64,000 bases of DNA from Stylophora pistillata (Eukaryota): assembly GCF_002571385.2 (NCBI RefSeq), contig NW_019217850.1, positions 294,283 through 358,282 of the forward strand, read 5' to 3'. The notes beneath the pieces were generated by a model. It had not been told where the DNA came from, made no database searches, and saw only the letters and a program-made list of their open reading frames with translations. Shown here one piece after another: positions 1-12,236 of the stretch (the stretch's first letter is position 1; the number at the start of each line of letters is the position of its first letter). The translations under genes and the position numbers were made by a program.

Positions 1-604
1 GGGTCAGGTCAGCCTGTACCTCTCGACATATTCTGATTTTGTCTGTCTCGTTAACACCATGGCCGATTAGTATACATTATAAAATTCTCCGAACAAGGTG
101 AACATGAGTGTTGATATCATGGATATTTGCTGCAGATAAGTTCTTTCAATGTATGCATGAGCTGTTAGAAATGTAGAATGGAGAACATGAAATAGAATTT
201 GTATCAGGGTAGAAGGGAATTATACAGTATAGAGCTCGCTTGGCTTTTTTCATGTAATGAAAATGGTTCAAATTCAGGAGGTTTAAGAGGGACATATGAC
301 AACCCTGTTCCCATCAAAATATAACTTTCTAAAATGGTTCTTTTGCCTTGAACAGATTCAAACTAGTACGTATAAAACATATGGCATTTTCCATTAAAGC
401 AAAGACCTGAGGTATCTTGATTCAGAAAAATTAGAGAGAAATAAAGAGAAGTTTGTTTGTGCTAATAGGTTAAAAATCTGTAGCTTGAATTGAATTGTTG
501 TGTAGAATTTGCATTAGAGAGAGCTGACAATTGCACTAGCTACGACCTTTCTCCGACGACTTCGACAATTGGCGAAGATGTTCCAGAAACCCAGTATTAT
601 CACG

Positions 605-781
605 CAGGGCTCGACACTAACTTTTCAACTTACTAGTCAAGTGGCAGGTGACATCTTAGATTTTACGACTATTTTAATTTATTTACTAACCAAACTGGCT
701 GGTGGAAATCGAAAACCGGTAGCTAAAACTGAATTTCTACTAGTCTGTGGCTAGTGGGCTACCGTTAAGTGTCGAACCCTG
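605..781. mobile_element. hAT-like MITE (177 bp)
   Basis: TIRs CAGGGCTCGACACT / AGTGTCGAACCCTG; 6-bp direct repeat ATCACG at 599-604 and 782-787; CAG..CTG termini are typical of hAT. Confidence 0.75.
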
Positions 782-896
782 ATCACGTCAAGCTCAATCA
801 GAGAAATAGAAAACCCTGAATGCGTAAACACTGAAGTAAGTTCGTTTGGTTTCTCGATTCCAAAAGTCTAGTGGGATAAAAATCCTGAACACAGTT

Positions 897-982
897 GAAG
901 GGCTAACGCTCGAAACGTCAGCTTTTTTATTCCTTACGGTGGCCAATTTACAATTTCAACTTAGTTGATATAACCAATTATC
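897..982 (+). mobile_element. 5'-truncated Penelope-like element 3' end (partial hammerhead ribozyme motif)
   Basis: GAAGGGCTAACGCTCGAAACGTCAGCTTTT...TTACGGTGGCCAATTTAC matches the copies at 11757-11847 (-) and 28363-28464 (+); the 5' core bases are missing. Confidence 0.75.
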
Positions 983-3900
983 GAATTATTTTGAGTTTTT
1001 TAAATCCATAGATATTGTCGCCAAGTCAAACTCGGTCAGGGAACCGGTAACATACTGAGAAGGAAAACAAGGTGAAGAACTAACGCTCTGTATCCAAGCG
1101 CCCGCCTGCTTTTGTCACCGTTCTTTCGCCTATCCTCTCTAGTAAAAGTCGACCTCGTTCCTATTTCCCGCGCTAACAACCAGCGGCGGGAAAAAAGACG
1201 GCAGCCGCGTTAGAATAGGAGGCAAATTATGGCAAAAATAAGTATGAAATTATCTGTAAAAGGCATAATTATACGCGCAGCGAGTGTAGTTGTACAACTA
1301 TAAGGCTCACAAGAGTGAAAGAAAGCCAGTATCAATGGGAAGTTAACTTTTTCATGATAGGGGTCATGCATGCTTGCGCGACAGAGCTGAATAATGAAAT
1401 GCTACGTCAGCGGGTTGCCGTCAAGAACGCGGGCTCAAGTGTCCTAGGTCTAAAATTTAGCGAAATTAGCGGAAAATAGTAAGGGCTGACTTTTAAAACC
1501 GAGGAACTCTGTTTTCGTTGAAGGCATTTTCCTATTTTCAGAGATTTTAAGGAGAAAATTAATTTTTGAAACTTTTCAGGGGGTGTACCAAGTTTTTGGA
1601 GGTTGTTCTGTAATAGAAAAGCGGCAAGGAAAACGACACCTCGAAGCAACAGAATAGGAAATAATTCATGCGAACCACTCAAAATCCGTGTTTCCGCGGC
1701 TTAAATCTGCACGTTATTCAGCTCTGTCTGCTTGCGCAAACTGCGGGCGGCGGAACCTTTGGCCTTAGCCTTTTCCGCCGTTTGTGAATAGACATGCACT
1801 TTCTATTTTTGTGTTGGGTTTATTTAAAAATTAGCGGAAAAGTATCAGAAGTAAGAGGTTCTTTTGCGGTTTTCCTAATTGTCTCTGATATTTCGTCAAA
1901 AGCCTGCGTCAAACCGCGTAACCAAAGAGAGAAAATTACCTCTAGTTTGGTGGTGTCAACAAGTAGAAAGTGAGTTTTGTTCTAAACTTTACGACTTATC
2001 CAAATCGCCCTAAAACGCGGTTGAATTAGTGACTTATGGGAAATCGATGATAGCATTAATTCTCCAGCAAAATTTTACATCGAAACACTTCGGTTTTTAT
2101 TACAAATCTTGGAAAGTAAGCGCGTATATATGTTAACAAGATTTCCGAATTTCAATCTAATTGAGAGCCAACGGACTGCTTCATGAACCTTTGCTAAGAA
2201 CTTTTATAATAACCTAAAATATTCAGATTAAAATATAACGAAAATCTGGATTTGTCTTATGATACTATGTCTAACTTTCGTGATATAAGACATCAATGTT
2301 TATTGTCATCGAGCAGATAAAAGTGACGTTTAGCGCTACGAACAGAAAGCCCATCTGGCCTGTTTGATAAGGCGACATGAAAAGAAAAGAATTATTCTCT
2401 CGAAATTTCTTCCAATAAAATGACACCAGCCCCAAAATTTTCGGATACAACAAAGCTGTGTTAGATTTTTCTAGATATGGTGATCTGTTTCAAAGCTTCG
2501 AACGTTTAAAATGGAGAATAACTACATTCCAGAGTTGTTATAATCGTCGTTGTTTTTTTTTTAACGAAAATACCCATCTTCTAAAGGCTGCTGACCAATT
2601 TGCCTGGAGCAGCGCTCAGATGGACTTCGGCATGCGTAAGTCACGTCCTTTGCTTGTACGAAAAATGAGATTTTGACTCAGTTCTAACTGTAATTTCCTC
2701 TCCATTATGCCATAATATAGACCACTAAAACTGTTTCTTACTTTTTCCTTTCCATAACGTTCATCTATTAAGACTGAGGCGTTGTTCATCTTGACAGATA
2801 CTAAAAGCTAGGAAACAGATCAGCCACCAATTACCTTCAACTTAAAAGCTTAAATCATTATGTTGTAACCTTGCACATTTAAGCCTGAGCTTCTTTCACA
2901 TCTCGCGTTTCAGAAAAAATAAAACTCATTCCAAGACAGAGTCACGCTTTTAGGTGTAGGTGATATCAATCTTTTTTTTTTTTCAGGCTTATTATTTAAT
3001 GAGAGTTTCAACTAGATGTCAAATTTTCTGAATAAAAAATTCAGCTTCAACGAATTTTTGGTCCCAACAGACTAAACGAGAAATGACAAAACTAGTACTG
3101 TTGATTAAAATGACAGCTACCAAACAAAATCCTTTTCTTCATAATCTCGACCACCCTGGACTGAAGGGAAAAAAAACAAACTGTAGATAAAAGCAATCCT
3201 GTCGGCAATCAGTGATTTTTTAAAAACAGTTATTCTACATCCTGTTCTAACTTCACAGTTGCGAAACTTTTGTAATATTAAGATTTGTTTCCCTGCCGCA
3301 TAATCCGCTTTTACAGATTAACCTGCCCTACCCAGGAGATTAATATCAATCTTGTTCTCTTGGACTATATTGTAGAAACCCAGTTTATGCGACAAACTAC
3401 AACCTAAAACGGATTTAAATATTGTTCAATCTGCCCGTGACATAGATCATCGTCTCAGTTACCTAATTCTTGTTTAGTTGAATGTGCGGATAGATTACCC
3501 TTCCTTCTGATGTTTTCGAATTCTTGAATACTCATTGGCAATATACGTAGTATACTTGTTCATTCTAAGTAAAACGTCTAAGCCTTGGGAATTATTTGAA
3601 GGAAGCTCCAGGTTTTTAGAGAATTTCTCACTCTCGTGATAATAATGCGGATAAATAATAGTACAAACTTTTAATCGTTAAACAAATAACCAATATAAGT
3701 TTGTTTGGCAAACGATTGATGAATAAATATAAGCAAGGGAAGACTCTTTCTTGGTAGATGTACATTAAGTCGTTTAAAAAAATTGATCAATTATTTACAA
3801 TGGATACTCATCAAACAGAGATATCTGTCACCATCTTCTAAAGTTAGTTGTTTACACAGGGTGTTCGAAATCTTTTAAGTAAGCTATACAATTACAGTAC

Positions 3901-4108
3901 CTTCGAGATTATACAATTGAACCGCGAAATAATTTTAAAAACTCCGGCTGAATTTTGTCAACATATATTTTTCATTGAGGTAAGAAGCAAATTTATCAAG
4001 CTACAAACTAACGTTAAAGAAAAAAATACATAATATTGTCTCCTCGTTATCCTATCAATTGGAATGAAATGCTTTTCAACCTATCGTAAACAAAATAAGA
4101 ACTACGTA

Positions 4109-4222
4109 TGATGCACGATCCTCGCAGTAGAGAGCGCTATTTATGCAATAGCGAAAATTAGACCTGGAAAAAAAACTATAACCGCAGTTCAAAATTTATG
4201 AACTTCATATACTCATCGTATC
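4109..4222. mobile_element. tRNA-SINE fragment with 5' inversion
   Basis: Antisense SINE body (matches 16710-16780) followed by the sense 3' tail (ACCGCAGTTCAAAAT..ATGAACTTCATATA); flanked by 18-bp direct repeat CAAAATAAGAACTACGTA (4091-4108, 4223-4240). Confidence 0.8.
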
Positions 4223-4609
4223 CAAAATAAGAACTACGTAGATTATCCACCGTTGGACGCAGGTTACATGCTCTCCTACGTTTGTTGCCAGTTGTTACTC
4301 GAATGGAAATTTAATTGTTTACCACTTTGATTTCCCTGGTTTAAACGGATAAAACACCATTTAATCCTAGGTCCATATATAAAGTGCCAAAAACTATGTT
4401 TTGATCAGCAGATATCTCTCTCTCGCTTTTAGTTTACATAATGGGTCACATTCCTGCAGAAGGGAGGGTAGTTAAAAATTCAAGCAATTTGCAAAGTTTT
4501 TTCGAAGAACAAATTTTTAACCGTGATGGAATATCCACTTTGAGAGATCTGCAACTGGACTGTAGTAAAATAAGCGCTTATATCAATATTAAACGGGATC
4601 GTTTTTTTA

Positions 4610-5040
4610 CCCTTTAAACTTTAAGAGTGACTAACATCTAATTTATCCTTAAAATATCACCAAGGGGGTACTCGATATATTCCTGGGTGGGGAGGTGCGG
4701 CGCGGCCCCTCATACCCTGACCCTGTTTAAGACAAATATCGCTGATTTTCCTACCCTGTTTAAGACAGAATTCCGATTTTTGATACCCTGTTTAAGACAA
4801 AAATCTCGAAAAACATACCCTGGCTGGCCGCACGTCCCCATTAAGCCCTTATAAGGGAGTACCCCCCCGGGAAATATCACCCCAGAATCAAACATTAGGG
4901 TCATGAGAATAAAGGAAATGATCACTAACTAAAGAAGCTCTTAATTGCCAAACAAATTCTCCTTGTCAGCGCGTTAGAAAATGTATAGACGACAGTATGG
5001 AGAATATGCCTACTGATGTTAGGGTGTACCGGTGTAAGGG
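4610..5040. mobile_element. piggyBac-like MITE, interrupted by a nested MITE
   Basis: CCCT...AGGG ends with degenerate TTAA flanks; a similar degenerate copy lies near 49113-49307; the host sequence rejoins across the insert at AAATATCAC. Confidence 0.6.
4660..4871. mobile_element. Nested MITE with GGGGGTACTC/GAGTACCCCC TIRs and internal tandem repeats
   Basis: TIRs present; 8-10 bp direct repeat AAATATCA(CC) at 4652 and 4872; three internal ACCCTGTTTAAGACA units. Confidence 0.75.
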
Positions 5041-6130
5041 TCAAATTATTTTCTGTAAAGCTTTGTCAAATCATTAATTCATTAGATGCAATAACGACAA
5101 ATATTTCGTTGAGACGGAACTGTCATGGTTTGAATCACAAATTTAACAGATAATTCAACTTTTGCAGTATAAGTGGTTTTCCTGATTTAAATTGTCTAGA
5201 TTCATATCATACTCTGCATTTTTTCAATAGAATTGTAATAAATACACTTAGAAAAAAGTATTTGTACAAACCGACTAAAGGTATTTCGTTCCTCAGAGGA
5301 AGAAATACAATTATACAATTTCTACTAGTCTTGAGAAGGGAATTTCATGTGTTCATGAAATGAGCAAAATAGCAGACAGAGGGCACGAAAAGGTCATTCT
5401 GATCAACTGTTCAGCATTTGCAGAAACCGTAAACTGAAATTAAGGGCCTTCTTCGAACAGTGGCCAGTGCTCCGACTCGAAACACCTTATCACAATATGT
5501 ATTTACATCTGGGCTACTTTACCTATAATCAATTTTCTCAATGAATCAAACCACTCTGATATTTTTGTTGCCTCTACTGTTTGGGTGTAGTTTTTGCTAA
5601 GTTACTCATAACGTCCAAAATATTTTACAAGACTAAACGCTGTATGTATACGTCATACGAACTCCCTGAGCTGCGGGCTAAAGTTTAAGGTAGCCAAGGT
5701 AACGAGTTCATAAGTAAACTGATAAGTGCTGTCAGCGGGGTGCCAATGGCAGGCCATAATTAGCCTAATTATCATTGTATTTATCAGTCATATTCAATAA
5801 AAATCAAATAATTCAAAATGCAAAGGTCCGATGCCGAGAAATTGATCACGGCACTCTTCTGAGCTTTAAATTCAAGATGTCTCGTCAGTAATTCCAAGAA
5901 TTATCACAGTTTTATGAGGTTTCACCATTTAGAAACTCTGCTGCTTCTGATATTTTGATGCTGCCAAGTATATAGATAACACTTGAAAGTCGACATAGAA
6001 TAAACCACATTGCTGTGAACTGAAGCGGCACGTAGAGTCGTTTCTAGCCTTTACACATGATATCCACTGCCTCCACCTTGGTCAAGATCACAGGTGCCAT
6101 AATGAAAGGCTTAGCTTTTGGAAGTTTTCA

Positions 6131-8784
6131 CTAGTTTCCCGAGGCAATTTCATACCAACTTGTGTAAATTTCATGAAGGGTTCTTGCATACCAATGCATA
6201 CCTGAGCTATTGTGAGCAGTGATGCCCGGGAAAAGCCAATCTGCAAACCTCAGTGGGGCAAAACTCCAATGAGCTAATTCATGATTGGAAATTACGGCAT
6301 AACACGAGCAAAGGACGTTATCAACTAAAATGTTTCCAGTTTCCGTGAGTGGTGCGTATGCCCCCTTAGCTGTGCTCCGTTTGACTCCACTCACGCGTCC
6401 AGCTGTGAATTTCTCTAAACCAGCACCGTTTCGGACGTAAACAAAGTCTCCGACTCTTAAGTCCCGAGCAAAACGCACCGACTCCAGTGGCGAATGTTTG
6501 TTTAGCTGATAGATCAAATGCGATTCCGTAATTGTCACTTCAGCCTCAGGGTTTCTCGTCTGGATGGATAGATACTCACTTGAAGTGTTGGGTTTAATGT
6601 CTAGAAATGTCACCACTCTGCTGTAAACTATGCGACCACTTGTATCCATGGCTGCAACCTTGTCCCCAATTTTAAGCTCCTTCATAGTCTTTGTACGTCC
6701 TCCTTCGAGGCGGACAGAAGCTATTTCAGGAAAGCAGTTGTAACTCAACCTTTCTTTTTCAGCATCTTCTTTGAAAAAACAGAGCCTTAAATCAGTCAAT
6801 CAGAATGATGACGTAGTTCATTTTTCAAATTCTCTTTCAAATAACTTTGAAACAAATAACCGCTCGCTTTCAAGTTTTTAAAGCCTACGTAGACCTTTCT
6901 GATATTGGTATTTTGTCACCTTTATTACTTCGTGTATACCAAAAAGAACACTGTATGATTAATATTTCGCCCCAAATGAATGAATGCCTCAATGAATGTC
7001 AATAAGAAAAAAAGAGATCAGCAAACCCATCTGGGAAGGGAAGCAATAGTCCTCCAAGGTTTAAGCTAAGACGGGATAAGCTCTGCAGTTATGCGAGCCA
7101 GTCTCATATGTATACTACACCCACCAGTTTTAACAGATGCGTGAATGTAGCTTCTAGTTGCATAATAAACCCAATCGAATCCGGCCTCATTGGCCATCCT
7201 CCCTAGCTGAGGGTATTTAGCCCTATCAAGGTCTTCTGTGGTGATGTCGACAGCTCGTCCTTCATGGTGTAGAGAGTGCTTGCCATGGTGGTGTTTTTTA
7301 CCACTGTCTACATCGTAAGCATCGATAACTCGGAGCCTGACGCCCCATTTTGTTTTCACTGCAGCTGCTAGAATGGCGAGTTTGTCTTGGCAATTCTGAG
7401 TAACAAGTAAACAGTAAACAAACTGTGTTAGGGGTAAAAGCTATCATAGTAATATTGACTACTGGGCATAATTTTCAGCCAGGCTACGGTATTATCGATT
7501 AACATGCAAGGACACCGCAAATGTTTTCCCCATGAGCTCTCTAGATTCTAAGTTAACAAAACTGAAGACAGCACGTGCACTTTCTTGCAGTCCCCAATCA
7601 TTATTTGATGAGTCAATTACGTTCTTATTTCAGTGTCCTTGGTTGATAATCGAATTATCGCTTGCAATTGTTTAAAATGCTCTTTCTTAAAAATAAGCTG
7701 TAATTCTATCGACATGCACTGCTCACAAAATGCTTTGATAATCTCAAATGCTCCACTAAGCAGGTAAGCTCTAATGGGACAGGAAATGCCGTTCTTTGAA
7801 AAAACGCATGAATTGTAAAGCAATAACCACTACTAACAAAAACAAAGCTTAACATTTAGAACTTCAGAAATTCGGTTCGGAAAGTTGATTCGAGAACTCG
7901 ATCAACGTATCATCGGTAGTCTTACGTCTGGGAGTTAAATAACATTTTCATTTTAAAAGCTTTACTTTTGTATGAGGTTTTTCGATGTGGTACAATTTCC
8001 TTATAAAATGGAATAAAACCTTGAAATAACAGTTTGCTGTTGTGCAGAAAAACAACAGATAAACAAGAAATGAACTTAGATGGATAAATACATTATGATT
8101 AACACAGATTTCAAATGATGACAAGCAGAATTTTCCCAGTTACTCTGTCATATAGCCCCTTGAGTTTTCGATTTCTAACCCGTGCAAAATTTGCGATCAA
8201 TAACATTTTACCGACACTTTCGAAACGAAGCAAAAGTAACGAATTTTTACGACCGGTTAACGCTTATTATCTGTATGTTAGCATTTAGCATTTAACATTT
8301 AAAATTGCATGGGAATACCATCCCAAATATAGCGAATTTGTCTATGTATGGCCGTACATGAAGCAAGTAATCCATTTATGGGTAATGAAACCAGAACATT
8401 TGATTGATTACTCTCTAGCATTTAGTCGTAATTTTGGGAATAATCCGACATTTCAACAACGTTTACCTTGGTCATTCTTCTATCATCTTCATTTTTTTCG
8501 TCGTTTTTGAAAACGATATCTGTGTTAAAGTTTTCCTCCAATTCACTTCTCTTTACTCGACCGACATATTCTCCACTGGCTTGTATTGAGGTCTCCTCCA
8601 CATCAGGGATTCTTTGTCGAAACTTCATCGGAGTCCTGGAACGAGTATTTGTTCCGGTTGGCCCGGGACCACAGGCCAGAAGGCTTCCACACACAAACGA
8701 AATAATCGCCAAAGTAAAATATACTTGAGGAACAGTAGGCAGTTTGGACCACAAACAAACACGCTGATACAAGCGGAATGTCAT
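6131..8784 (-). CDS. hh: Hedgehog precursor, 408 aa; exons 8784-8467, 7395-7125, 6768-6131 (signal peptide + Hedge domain + Hint/SRR)
   Basis: Hydrophobic leader then CGPG; DIVFK..DRRMT|NCQDKL; [13 protein letters not shown]; [14 protein letters not shown]; Hint [29 protein letters not shown]; SRR FAPLR..HWYA. Both GT-AG introns sit at the canonical hedgehog positions (phase 0 and 1) and join in frame. The exon 3 acceptor is NAGNAG (6768 or 6765). Confidence 0.97.
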
Positions 8785-10724
8785 CTTTCTTTTGAGGAGC
8801 TTTAACTGAAGTACGAGATTGATAATGTTCTCAGAAGGCGCAGTGTCGCCGATCACTCTAATTAAGAAAATAAAGAAATAGCCAGTGTTCAAAATCCTGT
8901 ATTCATCAATGTACTAGAGAGAAAGAGGGAATGCTATGGAGGCAAGGAAAACCTCGTAGCGCTCTACGACAACATCAATTGACTTTGCGTTATAAGCGTT
9001 CAAGAAGACAATACAAAACAATAAAACAACTACTTAGACGGAGCGAGAACTCCAAGCTATTTCAAAAGCTGCCGATCTGTTGGCGACAAGCCTGGATTCG
9101 TAAAGTAAGATCAGCGTCAATAGTTCCTCTTTGAAGAGGGACGAAGCTCTTGACTTACATCAGACTTACCAAAAGAACTGAACAAACTTCTCTGCATCGT
9201 AATAAATATCAGGTCGTCTTCGTAACTTGATCGAGTACTGAAACCCTCGGGCTTGTCTTTGGCATTTTTGGACCCCTGGTGGTAAAGTTTTTTCGCTGGA
9301 TAAAATCGGCAACCACAACTCCACCTTATGAAGGGAATAAAACACACAAAACTCAGTGATTTGTGAATCAATCTAACGTTGCACTCTGGGGCGTCATTAG
9401 AAGACAATAGCAACTATGAGCAGGAACAAAGCTGTACTGCTTTCTAATCACCAGTCTTGCTAATTTGTTGGTGAATGTCAACGAATAGTAGTTTTACTAA
9501 AAGGTTTTCATGTTTAATTAGTGCCAATGTACATTCGTGACTTGAGAAAAGACAATTAGAGAACTCTCGATGGATCAATCACCTTCCCTGTTAATCTCAT
9601 CGAACTTCGTAGTGAAACGGTCGTGAACCCTCGACACCTCTGACAGACCTCTGCACGCTTCGGCTGGACAAGGATAACTCAAGTACTAGTTTTCTCGCGC
9701 TTTTAAGGATGAATTTAATCAAATTAACAGCAATTAGAAAATCCAGTCATAACTGTCTTTGTACTTGAGATATAGGCGACAACAGAGATTTTGCTGGAGA
9801 CTAATTTCAACATTTCAGGTCTAATCCGGCCAGCGGGTACGACCGCATATGATAAGGTTTATCCGCTTGGAGATCTTAGATAAATTTTTCGACCGATCTG
9901 ATATCTCACTGATATGCATGTTTTGAACCTCAAATAAAAAGTCTTAAATACTTTATGTCAAAAAGCTTAAAACTTTAACGGCTGTAAGCGCACTAAATCT
10001 TCAGCTTCCTTGCGTAAGTTGAATATTTCACTTGGATTTTGTCAAAAAGCCAGTTTAATTATAATAGTATTATCAGCATTAAAATACAAAAAACTCAAAG
10101 CAAACAAAAACGATTGAAATGAAAATAAAAATAAAAAAGTACAATACAAAACAGTCTACTTTGGGGGAACGAATTGCTTTAACGAACAAGGTCAGAGGAC
10201 AGCGCGGTTTGAGTTTCTTACTGGCCCAAATCAACTACACAGCAAATAAATCAAAAGCTTTTTTTAATTGACATCTTAAAGCTTCCTTTCCTTTGTTATC
10301 ATTTGCGTTGGCGGAGCGTCTAGTCATTCATTCTTCCTATTGCTTTATATTATCTGGGTTATAAAAAAAAAACAACGATCGATAAAAATAGCATTTAGTT
10401 CAAAAATAGCGGCTTGATTAAAATCACAGTTCAGCCCTTCTTTGTGTTCCTCCTCTCATTAAAACGCCGGGCCATTTTGCTCTTCAGAGAAAGTTTTCAA
10501 TTTTCAGCTGTAAGTTCATGTAAAAAATTCACCTTGATTATATGATTAGCTGTTAACATTCTTTACAATTTGAAAAACAGGAGCAATACTTCGGTTGCAT
10601 TAGAGTCCCTTTCGGTCCATACATGTTCTTTCCTTGAGTAAGTATTTTCTTTTGTTCAAACCAAACTTAACTTTGTATCAAAACAATCCTCGTGCCATTT
10701 TTACCATAGAAGGGCAATTGGTAA

Positions 10725-11392
10725 GGGCCGATCCAAACTGAAATATTTCAGTATCAATTTAAAAAATTCCAAGTCTTTGTCAAATCCGCAATTATCTGGT
10801 AAGTCCGCCCGCCATTCAGATGTAGATCCACCCAATCGTTTCAATAGAGTTAACGGTTGAAGGACCGGAAGAAATACATGAAAGTATTGCAAATAAGTTT
10901 TGGATTACGTTATAAATTTCACGAAAAGTTATTTCGGAGTTTATGATTTCCGTTTCGTATTTTCGTAAAATATAGATGAAAGCTGCCTGCACTGGTAACT
11001 TTTTTAAAAAATTGAAAAACTACGGCAGCATTTCGTTAGTATTGGAATTCCCAGAAGTCCGAACGTGTTTTTCGACATATAATTTTCTTCTGCCGGCTAA
11101 TCTTAACTTTTTGACAACAGCATCATTTTCGTCTACCATTTTTAACGAATAAAGATAAAAGGCAGAGCCAATCTGAACGGACATATTTCAGTGTTGATTC
11201 CCGAAATTCCAAATCTTTGTCAAATCGACAGTTATCTGGCAAGTCCGCCCGTCCTTCAGTTGTAAATCCATCAAATTTGTTCAAATAAATATCACAAGTT
11301 GAAGGACCGGAAGTAATGAGTTAAAAATGTTACAAATAACTTTAGGATTTCGGTATTAATTCATGGAGTTACTTCGGCATTGATGATTTCCG
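10725..11392. repeat. Diverged direct duplication (~225 bp: 10725-10952 and 11165-11392)
   Basis: Shared blocks ATATTTCAGT, TCTTTGTCAAATC, AAGTCCGCCCG, GTTGAAGGACCGGAAG, ATGATTTCCG. Confidence 0.8.
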
Positions 11393-11754
11393 GAATAAAA
11401 ACAGTCTTTGTCTATTTCGAAATTGGCTCTAGCCAGCGCTACGTATATCCTAAGCGGAAAAAAAAAACAATTTAAACTTTTGACCGGTAAAAGTATCAAC
11501 ATAAAGCTGAATGACTGACACAAAGACAACTGTAAGTGTGTAGGGCTCGTCAGAGACCTAGAAAAATGGCTGGAATTTGAATATGCCCATAAGATTTCGA
11601 AAAAGCAATTTGGGTCTTAGACAAAGTTGTATAACGGTAATTGAAAAACGTTATTCTGGTGGATAATGAAACAATACATACTTCTGGATTCGAAAAGTAA
11701 CTTGAATTCTTTTTTTTTTTAGATGACATAGCACTTCAATCTAATAACTTTTCA

Positions 11755-12236
11755 TTTGGATATATCTACAAAGTTGAAATGGTAAATTGGCCACCGTAAC
11801 GATTACAAAAGCTGACGTTTCGAGCGTTAGCCCTTCGTCGTCGGAGCGAATAGAGGAATTGTGGGTTGTGTGTGCTTTTAAAGGCAGAAAATGGAGCTAC
11901 GTTATTAGTGGGAACGTGGCAACGAGAAAAACACGAATAAATTAGTGGAATGAAAAGCGTTCGTTGATCCCTGTGGGATTTAGACTGCCGGTCTGAAAGA
12001 TGAGCTTTTGTTCAAGAGTTTGACGGCTTTCCGTGCTAGTGTAAGGAAAGACCGCAGATTGCCATATGTTGCTTAGAATGATTAGGTAAATTAAAATGTC
12101 TAGCGACTGGTTTCGATGAGTCCTTGTCATTCTTTTCCACGTCTCGAGGGTGTTCTCGGAATCGGTCACCTAGTCTTCTGCCTGTTTCGCCGATGTATAT
12201 CTTTTTGCAATAAGTGCAAGTTATGCATAACTTGCA
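11755..12236 (-). mobile_element. Penelope-like retroelement 3' fragment (GIY-YIG endonuclease end + 3' UTR with hammerhead motif)
   Basis: Translation ITCTYCKKIYIGETGRRLGDRFREH..VARHFNLPNHS is the PLE GIY-YIG with CxxC/H motifs, followed by stop/frameshift; the 5' junction is a 22-bp palindrome (12215-12236). Confidence 0.9.
11811..11847 (-). ncRNA. Minimal type I hammerhead ribozyme motif (with 3-nt CGA duplication)
   Basis: GCT CCGACGA (CGA) A GGGC TAAC GCTC GAAA C GTC AGC on the minus strand, at the 3' end of the PLE fragment. Confidence 0.6.

Noticed and set aside
1227-2716. Possible 1.5-kb non-autonomous transposon (CpG-rich, TTATGGCA/TGCCATAA ends)
   Set aside because: TIR similarity is weak and no TSD or second copy is visible.
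3150-3158. GLI-like site GACCACCCT downstream of hh
   Set aside because: A single one-mismatch 9-mer is expected by chance in 64 kb.
4710-4830. CRISPR-like repeat-spacer pattern (ACCCTGTTTAAGACA x3)
   Set aside because: Eukaryotic context, inside MITE TIRs, spacers are short and related, and no cas genes.
8785-8892. N-terminal extension of hedgehog in the ORF track
   Set aside because: Starts at a non-ATG codon; the first ATG is at 8784.
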